From the NCBI GenBank assembly GCA_964464605.1, contig CAYXJN010000001.1:193068-257067 (forward strand): a stretch of 64,000 nt of DNA, given 5' to 3'. The notes under the pieces are model-generated. The model was given only the letters and a program-made list of their open reading frames with translations, was not told where the DNA came from and made no database searches. The DNA is from an uncultured Ignavibacteriales bacterium. GTDB taxonomy: Bacteria > Zixibacteria > MSB-5A5 > GN15 > FEB-12. Below, piece after piece: positions 20,816-31,043 of this stretch. The translations under genes and the position numbers were made by a program. Position 1 is the stretch's first letter; every line of letters begins with the position of its first letter.

Positions 20816-21784
20816 ATGAGCAAACGATTCATAGTCACCGGCGGCGCCGGGTTTATCGGCTGTAATCTGGTCAAAGCGCTTAACGGGCGCGGCTATGATA
20901 ATATTATTGTAGTCGACAATCTGAGCGATGACCGTAAAAACAAAAATCTGAGCGCGCTTACGTACTCGGAGTATTTCGATAAAACCGAATTCCGGTCACT
21001 GTTTAAAGCGGGAAAAATACCAAAGATCGACTGCGTGTTCCATCTTGGCGCTTGTTCTTCGACATTGGTCATGGATGAAGCGTATTTACATCAGAACAAT
21101 TATCTCTACACCCGCGAATTATGCGAATGGTCACTTGAGAACAATATCCGGTTTATTTATGCTTCCAGCGCAGCGACCTACGGGGATGGCACCCTCGGCT
21201 ACTCAGATGAGGACAGCCTGACACCAAAACTCCAACCGCTTAATCCCTACGGAAAATCAAAGCAGCTATTCGATCTTTGGGCGTTAGAGCATGATTTACT
21301 AAATACCATTGTCGGATTGAAGTATTTCAATGTTTTCGGTCCGCATGAGGATCATAAAGGAGCGATGCGCTCACTTGTCAACAAAGCATATGCGCAGGTA
21401 TTGCAAACCGGCGAAATCACCTTGTTTAAATCTCACCGACTTGATTACCGCGACGGGGAGCAGACCCGTGATTTTATTTATGTCGATGATGCGGTGAACG
21501 TTACCCTTTTCTTTTACGACCACCTGGAAGTGTCAGGCTTGTTTAACTGTGGCACTGGCATTGCCCGCACCTGGATTGATTTAGCGAAAGCACTGTTCGC
21601 GGCGATGAACCGTGAGCCGAAAATCCGGTTTATCGATATTCCCGCTGAAATCCGTGACAAATACCAATACCACACCCAGGCCGATCTGAACAAATTGCGA
21701 CACGCCGGATACGCCACCCCCTTCTTGTCGGTCGAAGAAGGAGTATTGCAGTATGTTAAACACTATCTTTCAAAACAATCGTAG
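20816..21784 (+). CDS. rfaD: ADP-L-glycero-D-manno-heptose 6-epimerase
   Basis: TGGAGFIG, HLGACSST, YASSAATYG, YGKSK, EDHKGAMRS, YQYHTQA. Confidence 0.93.
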   Translation: MSKRFIVTGGAGFIGCNLVKALNGRGYDNIIVVDNLSDDRKNKNLSALTYSEYFDKTEFRSLFKAGKIPKIDCVFHLGACSSTLVMDEAYLHQNNYLYTRELCEWSLENNIRFIYASSAATYGDGTLGYSDEDSLTPKLQPLNPYGKSKQLFDLWALEHDLLNTIVGLKYFNVFGPHEDHKGAMRSLVNKAYAQVLQTGEITLFKSHRLDYRDGEQTRDFIYVDDAVNVTLFFYDHLEVSGLFNCGTGIARTWIDLAKALFAAMNREPKIRFIDIPAEIRDKYQYHTQADLNKLRHAGYATPFLSVEEGVLQYVKHYLSKQS

Positions 21785-21800
21785 CCGAAAACGTCTGTTC

Positions 21801-23447
21801 CTATAACGAATCCATACTAAGCGGTGTATCCGACCGCGCCCATGATCTGTTGAAATCCTGTTCGATCATGGTTGCTTCGTAACTTTTACCTAATTGTTGC
21901 AAGACGGTTTTTAATCCAAACAGTGAACGACCGTTGCGCGGATAGTGAGCAAGGTCTTGACGAAATACTTTTTCGGCCTCATCAAGACGACCGGTCTTTA
22001 CCAGTAACGCTCCTAGCGTTTCGCGGGATGCTATATACCATGCTTCGGGTTCATCATAAGCCAGACTATCCTGTATTTCTGCAGCTTTGTACAACGCAGT
22101 TATAGCATCCTCGTTCCGGTTTTCTGCAACGGCTATTTTTGCTTCAAGCAGCAATCGGGGAATAGGCGCAACAACAGTTGCCAAATTGATAGTGCCGAAA
22201 AGAGCCGTGCCGGAGAATTTAATCTTGTCGAACGCTGCGAGTTCCTTTTTCGCTTTCTTTACATCTCCGGTTCCGGCAAACGCCATTCCGCGGGCAAAAT
22301 GCCAGACTGCGGTCAGCACCTGTAAATTCGTATCCGGTTTTGGTTCAGCAAATATCTCTGCCCATTTTCCAAACTTCGTAAGAATGTACAATTTCGTCGG
22401 TCCAATCCCTTCAATATGCGGATCAAGTGAATAGATTGGCCCTGCGACTTCGTTCAACATATCAGCGTATCGTACCGCATTCTTGTACTGTCCATCAAGC
22501 GCGTACGACACGGAAAGAAAATGAATGTTGTGCGGATAATAGATAATCGAATAAAAACCGCTTCCGCCACCCGCTGCGACATACGTCGAATCCAGAGTCA
22601 CGGCCGCATGATTTGCCTTAATCGATTCCTCGTAATAACCGTTTCGGATAAATGCATGCCCCGGCATATGAACCAAATGCCCGGCGGCAGGCACCAAGTC
22701 GGCGAGCATATTCGCGGCGGTTAGCGTCCGTTCCGGATTCGGAGATGCTTCCATTGCGTGAATATAAAAATGAAGCGCGCCGGAATGTTCGGGATTACGC
22801 TTGAGTACAGATTCCAAAATTTCAACAATCTCAAGTGTACCGGGCGCCGGTTTACCGTCAATACTCCACAACATCCACGGACGCAGATTCATTGCCGCTT
22901 CGACATAAAGCACGGCCGCATCCTGATCGTCGGGATATTTTTTATGCAGCTCCTCCATCGCGTTTTTGTACGCGGAATCCAATGCTGCGTAGTTCGGTTT
23001 CGGATCATTTGTGTAACGAACCGCCATTGCGTTGATATAGTCCTGTTCGGCGGGAGAGGCATAATGAACAAGAGCAAGCGCCTTCCGGATATATTGATAC
23101 GCTTCCATTTCACGGGCGGAATCAATGGGCATGTTGTAGTTCGTACCTAAAGCATACGCCATTCCCCAATACGCCATAGCCAATGTGCTATCCAACTCCG
23201 CTGCCTTACGAAACGACCGCACAGCTTCATCATGATTAAACGCGATACAGTAGGTAAGTCCCTGATCAAAAAAGCACTGTGCTTCTTCGTTACTGGTTGT
23301 TACTGGATGATGGTGCCGACCCATTCCTTCTACCAATACTGCTTCCGTTGCGCGGAAGTGCTGCCGTCCTTTCACACAGGAATCGCAGGCCTGCGCGTTC
23401 GATATAAGTAGAATTAGTGCTGAAATGATGAGCGATATGTTTCGCAT
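21801..23447 (-). CDS. Secreted TPR-repeat protein with conserved His motifs
   Basis: Signal peptide; FNHDEA, HFYIH, HLVHMPGH, YYPHNIHF; TPR repeats. Confidence 0.8.
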   Translation of the reverse strand: MRNISLIISALILLISNAQACDSCVKGRQHFRATEAVLVEGMGRHHHPVTTSNEEAQCFFDQGLTYCIAFNHDEAVRSFRKAAELDSTLAMAYWGMAYALGTNYNMPIDSAREMEAYQYIRKALALVHYASPAEQDYINAMAVRYTNDPKPNYAALDSAYKNAMEELHKKYPDDQDAAVLYVEAAMNLRPWMLWSIDGKPAPGTLEIVEILESVLKRNPEHSGALHFYIHAMEASPNPERTLTAANMLADLVPAAGHLVHMPGHAFIRNGYYEESIKANHAAVTLDSTYVAAGGGSGFYSIIYYPHNIHFLSVSYALDGQYKNAVRYADMLNEVAGPIYSLDPHIEGIGPTKLYILTKFGKWAEIFAEPKPDTNLQVLTAVWHFARGMAFAGTGDVKKAKKELAAFDKIKFSGTALFGTINLATVVAPIPRLLLEAKIAVAENRNEDAITALYKAAEIQDSLAYDEPEAWYIASRETLGALLVKTGRLDEAEKVFRQDLAHYPRNGRSLFGLKTVLQQLGKSYEATMIEQDFNRSWARSDTPLSMDSL

Positions 23448-23534
23448 AACAGTCTCCTCCTAAAATCCGTTTCAGCGGCAAATATAAAGACTGTTTATGG
23501 AAAAGAAAACAAACAGATTAGCAAGCAAGTGTAA

Positions 23535-23963
23535 TCATACTGCTTGCTGCTTAACTATTTTCGATACCCACAAAAATAACAATGGTATTACCACGAGTTC
23601 GGCGATCAACGACCCAGCGATACCAGAGCCGAATGTAACATCCAGATTCATCTGACTAAACCGCGCTAATCCGCCGATAAATGTCGCAACCATCGCAAAT
23701 TTGAGAGCCATCTGATACTTTGCAAGATTCGTTGGGGCAATGGTGAACATGAGTCCAATAGCCAGCCAGACGCCGCCGAGAAAACGGACATGACTATCCT
23801 GCGCAAAAAAACGATCCTGATTAGTTGCAACGGCAAAATCATTTGCACCCTGCCAGCCGAGCGTAAGAATCCCGCCGAACGCGACATTGATTCCTGTTAT
23901 CAACATCGTCAACCCTGCTAAAAAAAGAACGATTCGTAAACTCCACATCCCTGCGTTACTCAC
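23535..23963 (-). CDS. DUF4345-like membrane protein
   Basis: GTG start after AAGGAGG; 'DSHVRFLGG', 'GGLAR', 'AELV'. Confidence 0.75.
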   Translation of the reverse strand: MSNAGMWSLRIVLFLAGLTMLITGINVAFGGILTLGWQGANDFAVATNQDRFFAQDSHVRFLGGVWLAIGLMFTIAPTNLAKYQMALKFAMVATFIGGLARFSQMNLDVTFGSGIAGSLIAELVVIPLLFLWVSKIVKQQAV

Positions 23964-24021
23964 TTGTACCTCCTTGATAATTGAGTAGGTCAAAACCCCA
24001 GCGGTTTTGACATCTTCTATA

Positions 24022-24459
24022 CTACCCCTGAAACCCGCACTTGGTATGGCTGCCGTCGCAGAACGGCTTATTGTTAGACTGACCGCATCGGCAAAGCGAA
24101 GTCTTCGCGGCACGTTTTTCTTCGGAACCATCACGATGCTTGATAACGATTTCCCCGGTTACCACTAACGGTCCGTTCGGTGAAACCTGCACGACAGCCG
24201 GTTCACCGGAGGGCGCTGCCTGTTCAGATTTATCCGATTCGCTGTTGCGATAGTAAGAAAGCGCTCCGGATGGACAGTTTGCCACCTGCTCGGCTATCTG
24301 CTTAGTCGTGGCGCCGTTCATCTGCACCCATGGCCGTTCTTTCGGTTTGAATACTGAGCCAAGCCCTCGCCAGCAGTTTGTAGAGTGAGCGCACAGGCTC
24401 GGCTGCCAGACTACTGTTATTTCACCGTTTGTGTATTTCTTGGTAATATCATCCCGCAT
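24022..24459 (-). CDS. YjdI-like divergent 4Fe-4S domain fused to a CDGSH iron-sulfur domain
   Basis: CAHSTNC...CPSGAL plus LCRCGQS..KPFCDGSH. Confidence 0.9.
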   Translation of the reverse strand: MRDDITKKYTNGEITVVWQPSLCAHSTNCWRGLGSVFKPKERPWVQMNGATTKQIAEQVANCPSGALSYYRNSESDKSEQAAPSGEPAVVQVSPNGPLVVTGEIVIKHRDGSEEKRAAKTSLCRCGQSNNKPFCDGSHTKCGFQG

Positions 24460-24465
24460 AGCAGA

Positions 24466-24762
24466 TCATCCTTTACCGGTCTGATAATATACATCCGCGT
24501 AGTCGGCATGCTTTTGAAATTCTGCCTTCGCATACGGACAAAGCGGTATGATTTTCAGTTGATTGGCACGGGCATGCTCCACCCCTGCCGCTACGAGCTT
24601 CCGCGCTATTCCCTGTCCCTCAAGTGCTTTCGACACACCGGTATGATCTATAATGATAACACCCGGCATAGAGAGTACATAGGTCATTTCCGCTACCTGC
24701 TTTCCCTCCTGCTCAACAAAGAACTTCCCCTTGCTGCCGTCGAACTGATGTTTGATTTCCAT
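24466..24762 (-). CDS. YjdJ-like GNAT acetyltransferase
   Basis: IIDHTGV, GQGIA, IIPLCPY. Confidence 0.88.
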   Translation of the reverse strand: MEIKHQFDGSKGKFFVEQEGKQVAEMTYVLSMPGVIIIDHTGVSKALEGQGIARKLVAAGVEHARANQLKIIPLCPYAKAEFQKHADYADVYYQTGKG

Positions 24763-24776
24763 AAAACTATAACCGG

Positions 24777-25766
24777 TTACTTTTCCATAAGTTCAATTTC
24801 ATGCAGCCGTTTCACATCGACACCGAAATCACCGTTCGGCATTTTGATATACATATCCGCGAACTTCGCGCCAACGATAACCTCATGCGCCTTATATGAT
24901 GACCGGGTATGCACCTGCTGCACAAACGTCTCTTCCACACCGGATAGCAGCACGATAAACTCAACATCGGATTCAATCAGGCTCTGCTTTGTGAATCCGT
25001 TCAATGGACTGGATTCATCAATCGGATGCACGACAGTCAGGTTAAGCGGAAAAAACGGCACATGATGCCGCTCTAACGGTAGCTCATAAAACCGTCGCAC
25101 AATTCCGGCCGCGCCAGTCGATGCCGCCGCACCAATCGCGCTGACCTGGTTGGTTTCAAGCCGGCTCATTACGACTTTAATATCCATCTCGATAATCTGG
25201 CTGGTACGGGCGTTGATAATGCGGAACTGAAATCCCTGAATCCCGCGGTAGGGCGCAATAACCGCGCGCTTACTGAAAATAATTTTCGCATTCGGCCGGG
25301 AGAAACGCGCGAACGATAATCCGGTCGCAAACGCCAGCCCCAACAATCCGGTGAGCGCTTCTATCGCAACCAGGGTGTTCGCCGGTACACCGACCGGGCT
25401 CACACGCCCATAGCCGATGGTGGACAATGTCTGAATACTGAAAAAGAAACATTCGATCAGCCGGTTGGACATCACATGCCCACCAATCAAGAGCGCATCC
25501 GGCCCGCATGAATAGTAGGCCGTTGCGAATATGATATTGATGGTCAGATATCCGAGGGCGATGACCGCATAGAACTTCCCCCACCCGACCGTGAGCATCC
25601 AATGGTAGACACTCGCCGACTCGAGAAACCGAAGCCCGAACCGGTTGACATTGAAACTGCCATCCCGGTTGAGCAACCGCGCCTGCGACTGCTGAGTAAC
25701 TTTCGACCCAAACCCGAGGTCTTTGACATCCACGTTCTGGCTGTTGTGGGGCTTCATATGAGCCAA
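24777..25766 (-). CDS. Inward-rectifier K+ channel (KirBac)
   Basis: FFSIQTLSTIGYG selectivity filter; ARFSRP; HPIDESSPL. Start may be ATG 25757. Confidence 0.93.
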   Translation of the reverse strand: MAHMKPHNSQNVDVKDLGFGSKVTQQSQARLLNRDGSFNVNRFGLRFLESASVYHWMLTVGWGKFYAVIALGYLTINIIFATAYYSCGPDALLIGGHVMSNRLIECFFFSIQTLSTIGYGRVSPVGVPANTLVAIEALTGLLGLAFATGLSFARFSRPNAKIIFSKRAVIAPYRGIQGFQFRIINARTSQIIEMDIKVVMSRLETNQVSAIGAAASTGAAGIVRRFYELPLERHHVPFFPLNLTVVHPIDESSPLNGFTKQSLIESDVEFIVLLSGVEETFVQQVHTRSSYKAHEVIVGAKFADMYIKMPNGDFGVDVKRLHEIELMEK

Positions 25767-25942
25767 AGATTATAAGGGATTAACAGGAAGGCAAGAGGAA
25801 TGAAACTAAAGTAACTGTGAATTGGGTCTGCAATTCTTGACCAAGCATCAAATAAAACCTATTTTAAAGATATGAGTACACTCTTTTGCTAGTAAGTAAT
25901 AATATACGATTCAACATATATGGAATATGCGGGGATTAAAGT

Positions 25943-26704
25943 ATGGAATGGCTAACTAATAATGGTGATTGGGTTTTCTCTGGCATTGCTTGTACTATCT
26001 TGTCACTTGTAATTCGTCAAATAATAAATAAAAGAGGTGCATTCACATATTTTGTGAATCAAATCATGGTCGGAATTTCAACCGATGATAAGGCATTCGG
26101 ATTAGTTCAAGTGACATGGAATGGAACAAATGTTGCTAATCTCTATTTATCGACTGTTGAGCTAAGTAATAACAGCTTGAAAGATTTCGAAAATATCACC
26201 ATTAGCGTTTGTTCAAATGACACTATCTTACTTAATGAGAGAACAGAAGTTGTCGATACAACTCATATTTTGAAGTGGACACAAGAATATTCTCAACTGC
26301 TTGCAGTTCCATCGGGTGGTCAACCCACAGATGCTCAGTGGGAACTGCATTCGAGTAGACGAGATTACCTTATCCCAACCATGAATCGTGGGCAAACAGT
26401 CAGATTACACTTTCTGAACGCCTCAAAAAAGCCAGAGCCACCAATTATTTTTCTTGATGTACTTCATAAAGGAGTGAAATTAATATATCACGTTAGGCAA
26501 CCGCTATTATTCGGAATACCGAGAAACACTGCTGCTTTTGTAGGGCTAGCGCTCGGCATGATTTTTACTACTATAGTTGCACTTAGTACAAAAAATATTT
26601 GGTTCGTAGGATTCTCTTGCTTTTTGTTTGGAGCTTTGGAGGTTTTGCCAGGAGTTTTTCTTATAAAAGTTTGGAGAAAACTAAGAGATTTAGTTGGAAA
26701 CTAA
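25943..26704 (+). CDS. Hypothetical membrane protein (AT-rich)
   Basis: 253-aa ORF with one N-terminal and two C-terminal TM segments. Confidence 0.6.
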   Translation: MEWLTNNGDWVFSGIACTILSLVIRQIINKRGAFTYFVNQIMVGISTDDKAFGLVQVTWNGTNVANLYLSTVELSNNSLKDFENITISVCSNDTILLNERTEVVDTTHILKWTQEYSQLLAVPSGGQPTDAQWELHSSRRDYLIPTMNRGQTVRLHFLNASKKPEPPIIFLDVLHKGVKLIYHVRQPLLFGIPRNTAAFVGLALGMIFTTIVALSTKNIWFVGFSCFLFGALEVLPGVFLIKVWRKLRDLVGN

Positions 26705-26718
26705 TTCTTTAAAGACAG

Positions 26719-26740
26719 GTGGCACACCCTTTAGGGTGTG
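26719..26740. repeat. REP-like short palindrome
   Basis: GTGG followed by CACACCCT-TT-AGGGTGTG (perfect 8-bp arms). Confidence 0.4.
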
Positions 26741-26810
26741 AAGATCGAAACATAAAAATCATATATGACTATAAAAAATTAAGCAGCAGTTTCTTTGAGG
26801 GAGGTTGTTT

Positions 26811-27242
26811 ATGGAATCAATATTTCAGGGGTTAGGGCTTTCGCTCATTCCGCTTGCCTCATTTTGGGCCACTTTTAATAGCCTTCTTAGTGCAGCACAG
26901 TTTGTTAATGAAATTCGGGATACTGTGATTTCCGGAGTCAAGAATTCTGCCGTCCTTTCAAAAGAAGTACGGCTTTCAATGAAATATGATTGGATTCTCG
27001 CTATGATAGGAACAATTGGTGCAGCGTTGTTGTTTGCTGGGCTCCTGATATGGATGGGGTGGTATATTAGAATTGTTACTTCAAGCTGGCCTGTCACTGG
27101 CGCTGTATGGGCTGTTGCAAGCTACCCGATTATTGGATCTGTGCTATTTTTTCTTTGTGGAAGAAGCGATATAAAGGCAATGAACCAAGCAATTCATTTA
27201 ACACCACGACAATCACAGGAGACAACTCTTGGCCAACAATGA
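26811..27242 (+). CDS. Hypothetical 3-TM membrane protein
   Basis: ATG after GAGGGAGG; three hydrophobic helices. Confidence 0.6.
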   Translation: MESIFQGLGLSLIPLASFWATFNSLLSAAQFVNEIRDTVISGVKNSAVLSKEVRLSMKYDWILAMIGTIGAALLFAGLLIWMGWYIRIVTSSWPVTGAVWAVASYPIIGSVLFFLCGRSDIKAMNQAIHLTPRQSQETTLGQQ

Positions 27243-27354
27243 AACCACAGGTACTACTCTGTGCGACTATCGCGGGGCGGCGATACTGATTATCGCCCAT
27301 ATTCTCGCGCTCTTCGTCGGGTTCACCATACTCGCGGTCGTGCTGCAACTCTGA
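27229..27354 (+). CDS. Putative 41-aa single-TM small protein (or gene remnant)
   Basis: TTG 7 nt after AGGAG; MANNETTGTTLCDYRGAAILIIAHILALFVGFTILAVVLQL. Confidence 0.35.
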   Translation: MANNETTGTTLCDYRGAAILIIAHILALFVGFTILAVVLQL

Positions 27355-27459
27355 TATTATCCTAATAATTCGGTTACCCTCCCCCCCATTGCCACCTTTT
27401 GGTGTATTGTTTACATTGCCCACAACAGTTAAAGCTATCTACAGCACAGGGAGTCTACC

Positions 27460-28281
27460 ATGAAAGAATCATCGTTTGAAGGAGTCGGTGGATACAAGAT
27501 TTTCACCCGCAGTTGGATGCCGTCCGGAACACCACGCGCGGTTTTAGTTATCTCGCACGGTTTCAATTCACACAGCGGACATTACGTATGGGTGGCTGAG
27601 CAGTTTGCCGCCAAAGGGCTGGCGGTGTACGCGCTTGACCATCGCGGACGCGGTAAGTCGGATGGCGAACGATATTTTGTTCAGGACCATCAGGATTATG
27701 TTGCCGATCTGGCCAAATTCATTCAGATAGTCAAAAAAGAGCAGCCGGGTTTGAAAGTCTTTTTGCTTGGTCACAGCGCGGGTGGTGTGATTTCCTGCGT
27801 GTACACACTCGATAATCAAAAAGAGTTGGCAGGATTGATTTGTGAAAGTTTCGCCTATCAGGTACCAGCTCCCGATTTCGCGCTCGCGGTGATAAAAGGA
27901 ATCAGCCATATTGCCCCGCACGCGCACGTGCTTAAACTCAAAAACGAAGATTTCTCCCGCGACCCCAAAGCGGTCGAGATTCTGAACAACGATCCACTTA
28001 TTGCCAATGAAGTGCAGCCGACGCAGACTGTCGCTACAATGGTACGCGCAGATGAACGGCTCAAACGGGAATTTCCGAAAATCACTATTCCCGTTTTCAT
28101 TATTCATGGCACCGAGGACAAAGCAACCAAACCGAGCGGCAGCCAGGAGTTTTATGATACCGTCGGTTCAAGCGACAAAACGCTTAAGTTGTACGAAGGA
28201 TATTACCACGACCTGCTGAATGATATCGGCAAAGAAACAGTGATGGCTGATATCCAAAGCTGGATCGACAAGCGCATATAG
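27460..28281 (+). CDS. Lysophospholipase/monoacylglycerol lipase-type alpha/beta hydrolase
   Basis: DHRGRG, GHSAGG, HGTED, YHDLLND. Confidence 0.9.
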   Translation: MKESSFEGVGGYKIFTRSWMPSGTPRAVLVISHGFNSHSGHYVWVAEQFAAKGLAVYALDHRGRGKSDGERYFVQDHQDYVADLAKFIQIVKKEQPGLKVFLLGHSAGGVISCVYTLDNQKELAGLICESFAYQVPAPDFALAVIKGISHIAPHAHVLKLKNEDFSRDPKAVEILNNDPLIANEVQPTQTVATMVRADERLKREFPKITIPVFIIHGTEDKATKPSGSQEFYDTVGSSDKTLKLYEGYYHDLLNDIGKETVMADIQSWIDKRI

Positions 28282-28294
28282 AATACGCGCGACC

Positions 28295-28672
28295 ATGCGG
28301 AAAATGACAAACGGCTGGAGAATAGCATACTGGCTATTATTAGTCGGATGGGTTGTAGGTGCAGCGCTCAATATGGCGAAGGTGCGCGGCGGTTTTTTGA
28401 CTAACTACCTTGCCGATCTTACCTTCCCGCCGTGGTTTTACATTACACTTCGCAATAAAGCAACAAAACAACCAACGGTTGTTAAGCCGGCGCGGTGGTT
28501 TGGCGAAACGCCGCTACGCGCGGCTGTTTCTATTTTTCTTGTTGGTTTGGTGACTGAGGTCAGTTCTTATTTTTGGCCGCGCGGCGCGTTTGGGGGAACA
28601 TTTGACCCATTAGATATTGCCGCTTACGGAATTGGATTGCTCGTTTGTTATTGGTACGACACACGAAAGTAA
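28295..28672 (+). CDS. Small membrane protein (DUF2809/VanZ-like C-terminus)
   Basis: Four TM segments; 'GTFDPLDIAAYGIG'. Confidence 0.6.
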   Translation: MRKMTNGWRIAYWLLLVGWVVGAALNMAKVRGGFLTNYLADLTFPPWFYITLRNKATKQPTVVKPARWFGETPLRAAVSIFLVGLVTEVSSYFWPRGAFGGTFDPLDIAAYGIGLLVCYWYDTRK

Positions 28673-28674
28673 AC

Positions 28675-29259
28675 CTACAACAAACTCGCCGCCGCAGTGC
28701 CAAGCAGCAACAACCCCATCGCGATGTTGAATGGACGGCCGTATTTTTGGACATGTTTCCGGAACATCCCCCCACCCAATGCCCAGCAGGAAATTGAAAT
28801 TAAACTGACGATCGCAAGTAAGGGTGCGAACAGGCTCACGATTACCGGATTTTGGTATGACTGAATGATAAACAGGGAATGCACGGTAATACCATACAGG
28901 ATTCCCTTCGGATTCAGAAACTGCAAAACCAATCCACCGGTAAATGAATTCAGTTTGCTTTTCGCGTTCGGATCAAGATTCGGTTTTGACCGCATGACCT
29001 GCCATGCTAATAACACCAAATACGCCGCACCCAAAATATTCAACCAGTGCGTAACCTGCGGCAGCAAATTGACCATCGCGATATTCAGAAACCCGGCAAT
29101 GAGCATCACGATCATAAACCCGGTGGACACCCCTAAAAGAAACGCGAATGTTTTTTTGTATCCGACCTGCATTGCGTTGGTCATGGCGAGAATGTTATTC
29201 GGACCGGGAGTGAACGTGCTTACGCACACATAGGCTAAAAAGGGGATCAGGTTTGCCAT
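28675..29259 (-). CDS. LysE/EamB-family amino-acid exporter
   Basis: TPGPNN, GAAYL, LQFLNPK. Confidence 0.9.
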   Translation of the reverse strand: MANLIPFLAYVCVSTFTPGPNNILAMTNAMQVGYKKTFAFLLGVSTGFMIVMLIAGFLNIAMVNLLPQVTHWLNILGAAYLVLLAWQVMRSKPNLDPNAKSKLNSFTGGLVLQFLNPKGILYGITVHSLFIIQSYQNPVIVSLFAPLLAIVSLISISCWALGGGMFRKHVQKYGRPFNIAMGLLLLGTAAASLL

Positions 29260-29276
29260 AGCGTTTCCTTGAAAAG

Positions 29277-29347
29277 GTGTTATATTGTCCAAACAAGGCG
29301 TTATATCGTATGTGCGTCATATAATAACTATTGTGCGTTATATTGTC
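29277..29347. promoter_or_regulatory. Four imperfect direct repeats, candidate operator of the XRE regulator
   Basis: GTGTTATATTGTC (29277), GCGTTATATCGTA (29298), GCGTCATATAATA (29314), GCGTTATATTGTC (29335). Confidence 0.6.
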
Positions 29348-29364
29348 AATAGAAGGATTGACCT

Positions 29365-29919
29365 ATGGAGCAGCTTTCCTCGCTGGTCGCTCAGAACCTA
29401 AAACGGATACGGAAAGAAAAGAAGTTCAGTCTCGATCAACTCGCTGAAATAACAGGAGTTAGCAAGAGTATGCTGGGCCAGATCGAGCGATGCAGCTCCA
29501 GCCCGACCATTGCCACGCTTTGGCGGATAGCGAACGGGTTGAAGGTCTCCTTTTCCTCATTATTGAACTCACCGCAAACCGAAACGCAGGTAATTCGCAA
29601 ATCGAGTATCAAACCGCTGGTTGAAGATAACGGACGGTTTCGCCTCTTTCCTTTTTTCCCGATTGAAGAAGGACGGCGTTTTGAAGTGTATACTATCGAA
29701 TTAGCGAAGGGTGCGTATTTGAACGCGGATCCACATCCAAAAGGGACACAGGAATTCTTGACGGTGTTTTCAGGCGAACTGACGGTGCGCGTCAACAATC
29801 AGGAATTTCGCGTCGGCACCGGCGATTCGATTCGATTTCGCGCCGATGGCCCCCACGCCTATCACAACTCCGGAAAAGTGTTAGCGCAGATTAATCTCGT
29901 CATTCATTATCAGGATTAG
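29365..29919 (+). CDS. XRE-family regulator with cupin domain (SutR/PuuR-like)
   Basis: HTH 'SLDQLA..TGVSKSMLGQIER', cupin 'HPKGTQE', 'PHAYHN'; divergent from the LysE gene. Confidence 0.9.
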   Translation: MEQLSSLVAQNLKRIRKEKKFSLDQLAEITGVSKSMLGQIERCSSSPTIATLWRIANGLKVSFSSLLNSPQTETQVIRKSSIKPLVEDNGRFRLFPFFPIEEGRRFEVYTIELAKGAYLNADPHPKGTQEFLTVFSGELTVRVNNQEFRVGTGDSIRFRADGPHAYHNSGKVLAQINLVIHYQD

Positions 29920-29943
29920 GTTTTTGATACGCAGGAACGACAA

Positions 29944-31041
29944 ATGCAGACAAAGGACTTCTATCAAATTCTGACCCCACGCACCAGATTTTTTCTGTTG
30001 TCTGCGATATTTTTTATCTTCGCGCCAATTGCGCTGTTAACCATTTCGAATATCGGACAAGGCTGGAGTTGGATAGACATTGCCGGATGGATGATTGGTT
30101 CCGCTATTATCGCAACTACCTGGGCATATACCGCATTAAAACGAAAACGTCTTTGGATTCCGATAGTGGTCACTCTGCTTGTTCCAACTGCACAGGCAAC
30201 ACTGTTTTCTGATTCTCTGTTTACCGGCAATTTTGGTGTGACAGTAGTAGGAATACTTTCTGTTTTTTCCATTGTTTTCGGTTATGTCATGTTCGTCATA
30301 TTTATTAGCGGAGAAGGCGCGCGAACAGTACATCTGTTTACCGAAATGGGACTGGCGAAAGAAATTCATGATCATTTGGTGCCGGAAATACATTTCCGCG
30401 ATGAGCGCTACGAAATACTCGGAAGTTCAGCCGCTAGCACCGAAGTCGGCGGCGATCTGCTTGATTTTAGTCAGCGTAGTGGGGTTTCGTTAGTGACGGT
30501 TGCCGATGTTTCCGGCCACGGTGTGCGCGCCGGAGTATTAATGGCGATGATAAAAAGCGCGCTGAAAACCAAATTGCTAAGCACCGAAAGCGATTCGATA
30601 TGTGACGATTTGAACACAGTCGTCTACACATTAAAGCGTCCTGATATGTACGCGACCGGGATTCTTTTGGAATTGCTTCCGGATCGCCGCGTTAAATACA
30701 CAGGCGCCGGACACCCGGCCTTGCTGCATGTACAGCGTAACAATAATCTGCTCGCGAATCATTCCAGCCAGAATCCACCGCTTGGCGTTGTTCCGGGGAT
30801 TCCGTTCGCAAAAACAGAATTGAGAATGCAATCCGGCGATTTGCTGGTGCTCGTGACCGATGGTATCACCGAAGTTGAAAATGAAACAGGCGAAATGTTC
30901 GGCGAAGAACGGGTGCAGCAACTGTTCAGAGCAAATGCCGAGAAATCATTACCGGAGCTCCGAAGCGCGTTGTTGAGCGAGGTTCATCAATTCGGAAAAC
31001 AAGTGGATGACCAAACGCTGGTATTGATACGAGCGCTTTAA
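29944..31041 (+). CDS. Membrane-anchored PP2C/SpoIIE phosphatase
   Basis: Four TM helices, then VGGD, DVSGHG, TDG and DDQT. Confidence 0.9.
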   Translation: MQTKDFYQILTPRTRFFLLSAIFFIFAPIALLTISNIGQGWSWIDIAGWMIGSAIIATTWAYTALKRKRLWIPIVVTLLVPTAQATLFSDSLFTGNFGVTVVGILSVFSIVFGYVMFVIFISGEGARTVHLFTEMGLAKEIHDHLVPEIHFRDERYEILGSSAASTEVGGDLLDFSQRSGVSLVTVADVSGHGVRAGVLMAMIKSALKTKLLSTESDSICDDLNTVVYTLKRPDMYATGILLELLPDRRVKYTGAGHPALLHVQRNNNLLANHSSQNPPLGVVPGIPFAKTELRMQSGDLLVLVTDGITEVENETGEMFGEERVQQLFRANAEKSLPELRSALLSEVHQFGKQVDDQTLVLIRAL

Positions 31042-31043
31042 GC

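Noticed and set aside
24385..25065. 226-aa plus-strand ORF
   Set aside because: Antisense shadow of three well-supported minus-strand genes.
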